Positions 58,654 through 64,000 of a stretch of 64,000 nucleotides of DNA are shown here, one piece after another (the stretch's first letter is position 1; the number at the start of each line of letters is the position of its first letter). The notes under the pieces are model-generated. The model was not told the DNA's origin and ran no database searches. It saw only the letters and a program-made list of their open reading frames with translations. The DNA is taken from the NCBI GenBank assembly GCA_031425055.1, contig JANPIO010000270.1:493-64492 (forward strand), written 5' to 3'. Made by a program: the position numbers and the translations under genes. This DNA comes from Phormidium sp. VAR_61_metabat_6 (GTDB lineage: Bacteria; Cyanobacteriota; Cyanobacteriia; Phormidesmidales; Phormidesmidaceae).

Positions 58654-60195
58654 TTAGGTCGCCACCGGTTCTTTGGCTTCAAACTTGAGCTTGGCCCGCT
58701 TAAAGGGTTCAGGAATTTCCACCGGATATTTGCCCGTAAAGCAGGCAGAGCAGAAGCTGCCTGGCTCCTGGTGCGTCGCGGCCAGCATGCCCTCCCAGCT
58801 CAGATAAGCTAGGGAATCTACATGAATTTGAGCAGCAATCTCGTCTAGGGACTTGGTGGCCGCAATCAGCTGATCTTGGTTGTCGGTATCAATGCCATAA
58901 AAACAGGGGTGGGTGACCGGCGGTGACGAAATCCGCATATGTACCTCGATCGCACCCGCATCCCGCAGAGCTTGCACAATCTTGCGGCTGGTGGTACCTC
59001 GCACAATTGAGTCATCCACGATCAAAATTCGCTTGCCCTCTAGCACATCCTTGAGGGGGTTCAGCTTCATGCGAATGCCCACTTCCCGCATCGACTGGGT
59101 GGGCTGAATAAAGGTGCGCCCCACGTAGCGATTCTTAATCAGCCCCTCCGCGTAGGGAATCTGAGACTGCTGCGAAAAGCCGATCGCCGCTGGCACCCCA
59201 GAGTCAGGTACCGCCATAATCAAATCCACATCGGCAGGGGCTTCTCTCGCCAGCTGATGGCCCAGGCGGCGGCGGTAGCTGTAAAGGCTCTCCCCGTTGA
59301 CAATGCTATCGGGCCGCGAGAAGTAGATCATCTCGAACACGCAGAGCTTGCGCTGGGTCGCCTCTGCCCACTGGCGAGAAATGATTCCCTCGGGGGTAAT
59401 CCACACCAGCTCACCCGGCTCAATATCGCGAACGTAGGTCGCCCCAATGATGTCGAGGGCACAGGTCTCCGAGGCCAGCACATAGTGAGCGGGCTGACCC
59501 ACCTCAGGAATGTCATGGCCCAGCACGCCCAACACCAAGGGGCGAATGCCCTGCTGGTCACGGGCACCCAAAATGCCGTTGGGCGTGCCAATCACCAGGC
59601 TAAAAGCCCCGTAGCAGCGGTTAAAGGCTTGCTCGGCAGCGCTGACCCAGTCGGCCCCATCGTTGACGGCCTCGGCCAGGGCGAAGGCGATCATCTCAGA
59701 GTCAGTGGTGGTGACTAAGTCATGGTTTCGCTCTATGAGTTCCTCGCGCAGGTCGGCGGCGTTGACCAAATTGCCGTTGTGGGCCAGGGCCAGGTCACCC
59801 AATCGGGTGGGCACCATGGCGGGTTGGGCATTGCACACGTGACTGGAGCCAGTGGTGGAGTAGCGCGTGTGGCCCACGGCAATATGCCCTGACAGGTCTT
59901 GCAGAATCTGGTCATCAAATACTTGCGATACCAAACCCATGTGCTTGTAACAGTGACTGCCAGAGGCGTTAAACGTGGCGATGCCCGCCGACTCTTGGCC
60001 CCGGTGTTGTAGGGCAAATAGACCAAAATAGGCCAGCCGAGCCACTTCTTCGTCGGGGGCGTAAAGCCCGAAGATGCCACAGGCTTCTTCGGGCTTATCG
60101 GGGCGATCGAGCAGCGACTCGGAGCGAGTATCCGCAACATGATCCTGAGGGGAATCGTAGGACTCGTCTAAGAAAGATTTAGAAGGGAACGTCAT
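58654..60195 (-). CDS. purF: Amidophosphoribosyltransferase
   Basis: EEACGIFG, QHRGQESAG, GHTRYST, PDSG and VDDSIVRGTT. Confidence 0.97.
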   Translation of the reverse strand: MTFPSKSFLDESYDSPQDHVADTRSESLLDRPDKPEEACGIFGLYAPDEEVARLAYFGLFALQHRGQESAGIATFNASGSHCYKHMGLVSQVFDDQILQDLSGHIAVGHTRYSTTGSSHVCNAQPAMVPTRLGDLALAHNGNLVNAADLREELIERNHDLVTTTDSEMIAFALAEAVNDGADWVSAAEQAFNRCYGAFSLVIGTPNGILGARDQQGIRPLVLGVLGHDIPEVGQPAHYVLASETCALDIIGATYVRDIEPGELVWITPEGIISRQWAEATQRKLCVFEMIYFSRPDSIVNGESLYSYRRRLGHQLAREAPADVDLIMAVPDSGVPAAIGFSQQSQIPYAEGLIKNRYVGRTFIQPTQSMREVGIRMKLNPLKDVLEGKRILIVDDSIVRGTTSRKIVQALRDAGAIEVHMRISSPPVTHPCFYGIDTDNQDQLIAATKSLDEIAAQIHVDSLAYLSWEGMLAATHQEPGSFCSACFTGKYPVEIPEPFKRAKLKFEAKEPVAT

Positions 60196-60474
60196 TGGTG
60201 GTGCAGGGTGGCTTAGGAACGCAATCGGCAAAGGAGCAATTCTCAATACACTTGGCTGCCGCATTTTGCCCTCAATGCGAGCCCAGCTTCATCATAGGGT
60301 CAGAAATTTCGAAGCGGTATTAGAAACTACCGAACTCCCTTGACCTATTTAATAATTCCTTAACATATGCCCGATCATAACACCTGCCGCATTCTCCTCA
60401 GGCGGCTCCTCAGGCCCGACATAGAAAGGCTTATTGGGCTGTTGTGAGATATCAAGGAAAGTGCCAAGCCTGTC

Positions 60475-62859
60475 CTAGCTCTCCCCAGCGAGCCGCTGCT
60501 CGATCGCAGTATTCCAGGTAGAGGCCAGGGATTTAACCGCATCAGCAATCAGGCGTTGACCATCCCCAGTGGCCAGAGTCAAGGTGTCGCCCTCTACGGT
60601 GCCCAGCCATTGCCAGTTGCCCGCTAGGTGATGAGTTAGATAAGTCTCCCAATCGGCCTGATGCTCGCGGCTCACCGAGACGACAATTCTGGCACCCCCT
60701 TCCCCAAACAGCAGCCGATCCCATCGCTGGCCTGGTTGACCGGCTTCCAGCGATAGCTGCACCATGGCCCCGATCTGCCCGCTAATGCATGATTCTGCCA
60801 ACGCGACGGCCAGTCCGCCCTCGGCGCTGTCGTGGGCCGATCGCACCCAACCCTGGCCGATGCCGTGGCGGCAGGCGGCCTGCACTCGCTTCTCGAGCGC
60901 CATATCGATCGCCGGGGGCTGTCCAGTCGCCTGACTGTGGATTGCTGCCAGATACTCCGAGCCGCCCAGGGTGACTAGAGGATTACCGTCGGTTGTCGCT
61001 GCCCCCGTCTGCTCCACCGGTACGCCCAATAGGTAGATCACATCGCCCTCTTGCTGCCAGCCCTGACCGCAGGTGCAGCTCAAATCGTCAATCAGCCCCA
61101 CCATGCCAACCACCGGGGTGGGGTAGATGGGCTGGGGGTTGCCCTGGCTGTCTACGGTTTCGTTGTAGAGCGAGACATTGCCCCCGGTCACAGGAGTTTC
61201 AAACTCGCGACAGGCATCGGCTAAGCCCCGGCAGGCGTTGGCCAGCTGCCAGTAGCCAATGGGCTTTTCGGGGCTGCCAAAGTTGAGGTTGTCGGTCACC
61301 GCCAGGGGTAGAGCCCCTACGCAGCTGAGGTTGCGGGCGGCTTCGGCCACGGCGGCTTTAGCGCCTTCGTAGGGGTTGAGGTAGACGTAGCGGGCGTTGC
61401 AGTCTACGGTGGCGGCCAAACCCCGCGTTACCGCTCCTGGCTGATACCCCGGTACCGCTTCCTGGGGACGTAGGCGAATGACGGCGGCGTCCCCCTGGCC
61501 GGGGTAACGGACGGTGTTGTTTTGCACCTGGTGGTCGTACTGGCGGTAGACCCAGGCTTTTGACGCGATCGTGGGCTGGCCCAGCAGCTGATGGAGAACT
61601 CCTGTCCAGGTCGTTTCGCCCAAACTAGGGAGCACTATCCCCGCAGCAGAGCAGGGCGGCAAGCTGTCTTCACTCCAAGCCCAGGCTTTTTGAGCATAGT
61701 CGGGCGGTTCGCTCAGCAAGTCGTGATGGTAGATGGGGGTATTTTCTGACAGGGCTAGAGCAGGGATTTCGGCCGCGACATCACCCTGGAATAGAATCCG
61801 CACAAGGGGATCTGCGATGACTGTTCCAGCTACAACCGCATGGAGACCCCAGCGCTCGAAGATTTCGATCACCTCGGCTTCGCGGCCCTTGGCGACCACA
61901 AATAGCATGCGCTCTTGGGATTCTGACAGCAGATACTCGTAGGGCACCATGCCGGTCTCCCGCACGGGAATGAGGTCGAGATCTAGCTCAATGCCGACGC
62001 CTCCCTTGGCCGCCATCTCGGCGGTGGAACAGGTGAGGCCCGCCGCCCCCATGTCTTGGGCAGCGACGATCGCCCCTGTCTTAAATGCCTCTAAACAGGC
62101 CTCCACCAAAGATTTTTCGAGAAAAGGGTCGCCCACCTGCACGGCAGGGCGATTTTGCTCAGACTCATCCGTCAGCTCGGCACTGGCGAAGCTGGCCCCG
62201 CCCATACCGTCACGCCCGGTGGTCGAGCCCACGTACACCACCGGGTTACCCAGGCCCGCCGCCCCAGACTTAACAATGTCGTCGGTCTCCATAATGCCGA
62301 TCGCCATCGCATTCACCAGCGGGTTGCCGTTGTAGGCGGTGTCAAAATACACCTCGCCACCCACGGTGGGTACCCCAAAACAGTTGCCATAGTGGGCAAT
62401 GCCCGACACCACCCCCTGGCACAGGCGGCGAGTGCGGCTGTCGGCCAGATCGCCAAACCGCAGGGAGTTGAGCACGGCGATCGGTCGCGCCCCCATGGTG
62501 AAGATATCGCGCAGAATGCCGCCGACGCCGGTGGCGGCCCCCTGGAACGGCTCTACGGCAGAAGGATGGTTGTGGGACTCGATTTTGAAGGCCACCCGCA
62601 GCCCGTCTCCGGCGTCGATCACGCCCGCGTTTTCCCCTGGTCCCACCAGCACCCGTGGCCCTTCGGTGGGAAACTGCTTGAGCAGGGGGCGCGAATTTTT
62701 GTAGCAGCAGTGCTCTGACCACATCACCCCAAACATGCCCAGCTCGGCGCGGTTGGGGTGGCGACCCAGCCGTTGCACAATGTCGTCGTACTCCTTGGGC
62801 TTGATGCCTTCAGAGGCGATTTCGGCAGGGCTAAAAGGGGCGGTAGAAAAGGCTGTCAT
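60475..62859 (-). CDS. purL: Phosphoribosylformylglycinamidine synthase subunit PurL
   Basis: [32 protein letters not shown] and NLNFGSPE. Confidence 0.98.
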   Translation of the reverse strand: MTAFSTAPFSPAEIASEGIKPKEYDDIVQRLGRHPNRAELGMFGVMWSEHCCYKNSRPLLKQFPTEGPRVLVGPGENAGVIDAGDGLRVAFKIESHNHPSAVEPFQGAATGVGGILRDIFTMGARPIAVLNSLRFGDLADSRTRRLCQGVVSGIAHYGNCFGVPTVGGEVYFDTAYNGNPLVNAMAIGIMETDDIVKSGAAGLGNPVVYVGSTTGRDGMGGASFASAELTDESEQNRPAVQVGDPFLEKSLVEACLEAFKTGAIVAAQDMGAAGLTCSTAEMAAKGGVGIELDLDLIPVRETGMVPYEYLLSESQERMLFVVAKGREAEVIEIFERWGLHAVVAGTVIADPLVRILFQGDVAAEIPALALSENTPIYHHDLLSEPPDYAQKAWAWSEDSLPPCSAAGIVLPSLGETTWTGVLHQLLGQPTIASKAWVYRQYDHQVQNNTVRYPGQGDAAVIRLRPQEAVPGYQPGAVTRGLAATVDCNARYVYLNPYEGAKAAVAEAARNLSCVGALPLAVTDNLNFGSPEKPIGYWQLANACRGLADACREFETPVTGGNVSLYNETVDSQGNPQPIYPTPVVGMVGLIDDLSCTCGQGWQQEGDVIYLLGVPVEQTGAATTDGNPLVTLGGSEYLAAIHSQATGQPPAIDMALEKRVQAACRHGIGQGWVRSAHDSAEGGLAVALAESCISGQIGAMVQLSLEAGQPGQRWDRLLFGEGGARIVVSVSREHQADWETYLTHHLAGNWQWLGTVEGDTLTLATGDGQRLIADAVKSLASTWNTAIEQRLAGES

Positions 62860-62955
62860 GCTGGCAGGGGGAAATTGCCTCCCGATCTTAGCCCTAAGTT
62901 GTCTCTTGAAGGGCGAAAGGGTTCACAATCCGGGGCAAACGCATACTCGCCGACC

Positions 62956-63510
62956 CTACTCCACCTTCTCTTCTACGCCAAACCCGACCAGCGCTAGGGT
63001 ATCCATGGCCTCTCCCTCAGCGGGGCGATGGTAGTTGAGAATGCGGCGAATGCGCATGTTGGGGTTGACGAGCAGAATGGAATCGACGGAGACCACGCGG
63101 GTATAGGGGGTGGTCATGAGTAACTCGCGGTTGCTCTGGTCGTAGGTAAAAGTGGAGATGAGCGGACGATCTTCTTCGTAGGCGCGATCGCGCAAATAGT
63201 CTCCCGCCAGCACAGTCCCCGTTTGCTGCTTGGGCACAAACAGGGCGCGCAGCTCTTGGGAGACCTCTTCGCCTTTGTCAGACACGGTGTGAAAGGCCAG
63301 CTGAAAGCCGGGCAGCTGGTCGATATCGTCTACTGGGGCGTAGCCGTTGTCGGCCAGCACCTTGCGCCGCAGCTCAGGGGTGATGGCGTCGACGCGAAAA
63401 TCGGTGTGCGATCGCTCCACCTCGCGCTGGGCAATGTAGTGGTAGGTGCGTTCGATCGACCATTGGCCGATGCAGCAGTCGAAAAAGTAGGCAATGTCGG
63501 CTAAATCCAT
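62956..63510 (-). CDS. CpcS/CpeS-family phycobiliprotein lyase
   Basis: FFDCCIGQWSIERTYHY, YLRDRAYEE and RIRRI. Beta-barrel lyase pattern. Confidence 0.8.
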   Translation of the reverse strand: MDLADIAYFFDCCIGQWSIERTYHYIAQREVERSHTDFRVDAITPELRRKVLADNGYAPVDDIDQLPGFQLAFHTVSDKGEEVSQELRALFVPKQQTGTVLAGDYLRDRAYEEDRPLISTFTYDQSNRELLMTTPYTRVVSVDSILLVNPNMRIRRILNYHRPAEGEAMDTLALVGFGVEEKVE

Positions 63511-63612
63511 TGCGTTAGCCCCCAAGGAGTTGCGTTACCTCCTACGGTAACAGGGTTTGTGAAGCTCTCATCAGTCGCCCCTAGCCCTACTCTTGGGATG
63601 TCTTGGCGTTAA

Positions 63613-63653
63613 GTATTAATGCTTACAGAATCTCTCGCAAGACTGCGTAGGAT
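63613..63653 (+). promoter_or_regulatory. Putative NtcA-activated (class II) promoter
   Basis: GTA-TTAATGCT-TAC at 63613-63626 and TAGGAT (TAN3T) 21 bp downstream. Confidence 0.55.
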
Positions 63654-63801
63654 GGGCGACAGGTTTGGCAAATCACCCACTTGGGTCATTGTCGGACACC
63701 TGACCGCCCATTATGATAAGAACTAAAGTTAAGAAGTCTAACAATCCTGCTTTTATGGATTGACTTTCGCTGCTCCATGTCCCCTCTTTGGATGGCTGAC
63801 T

Positions 63802-64000
63802 ATGCCCCTCTCCACTGATGTTGCCCGTCTTTTAGCCGAACCTTTAGTGCAGGCTTTCTTTCAAGAAACTGCTGGAGATTGGCGATCGGAGCGTCGCTAT
63901 TACACCCTCAAAAGCGGTGAAACCCAGGAAGTGATCAGCCAGATCACCATCGAGTTTCTAGAAGCCGGTGCAGACCAGCTTTTGAAACTCGCTGATTTGC
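63802..64000 (+). CDS. Second CpcS/CpeS-family phycobiliprotein lyase (runs off the window)
   Basis: MPLSTD...FFQETAGDWRSERRYYTLKSGETQE, read by hand. Confidence 0.8.
   Translation, partial: MPLSTDVARLLAEPLVQAFFQETAGDWRSERRYYTLKSGETQEVISQITIEFLEAGADQLLKLADL

Overview
A 64-kb stretch of a fairly GC-rich cyanobacterial chromosome: HIP1 octamers (GCGATCGC) occur throughout, and psbB, psbT, psbM, ycf34 and CpcS/CpeS-type lyase genes are present. A filamentous Nodosilinea/Leptolyngbya-like host is my inference. Most of it is core or lineage housekeeping: leuB, a PyrC-like gene, purL-purF, queF, rsfS-CGLD27-asparaginase-tRNA-fMet, hslO, psbB-psbT-nrdR-rps1, ferredoxin-psbM, glgX and aqpZ. Accessory signalling and stress genes are interspersed. 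I see no CRISPR array, prophage, integrase or intact transposase. The best non-obvious signals are these. (1) A SigK/RskA-type ECF sigma/anti-sigma module whose divergent intergenic region carries two near-identical back-to-back promoter motifs (CATCCA-N12/13-AGTCGTATT). One faces sigma, anti-sigma and a carotenoid oxygenase, the other a Tat-exported ferritin-like protein. (2) A 50-bp minimal IS200/IS605 end-only element abutting the hpsE stop codon. (3) A phosphatase gene that appears to require a CTG start codon. (4) A 1247-aa PstS-like/WD40/TM/TPR/DUF4912 membrane protein. (5) A FimV-like protein with 192-bp acidic tandem repeats. (6) A dihydroorotase-like protein that has lost metal ligands (PyrC'-like). 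(7) An NtcA-type promoter between two divergent phycobiliprotein lyase paralogues. All family assignments come from motif recognition only; no database searches were run.
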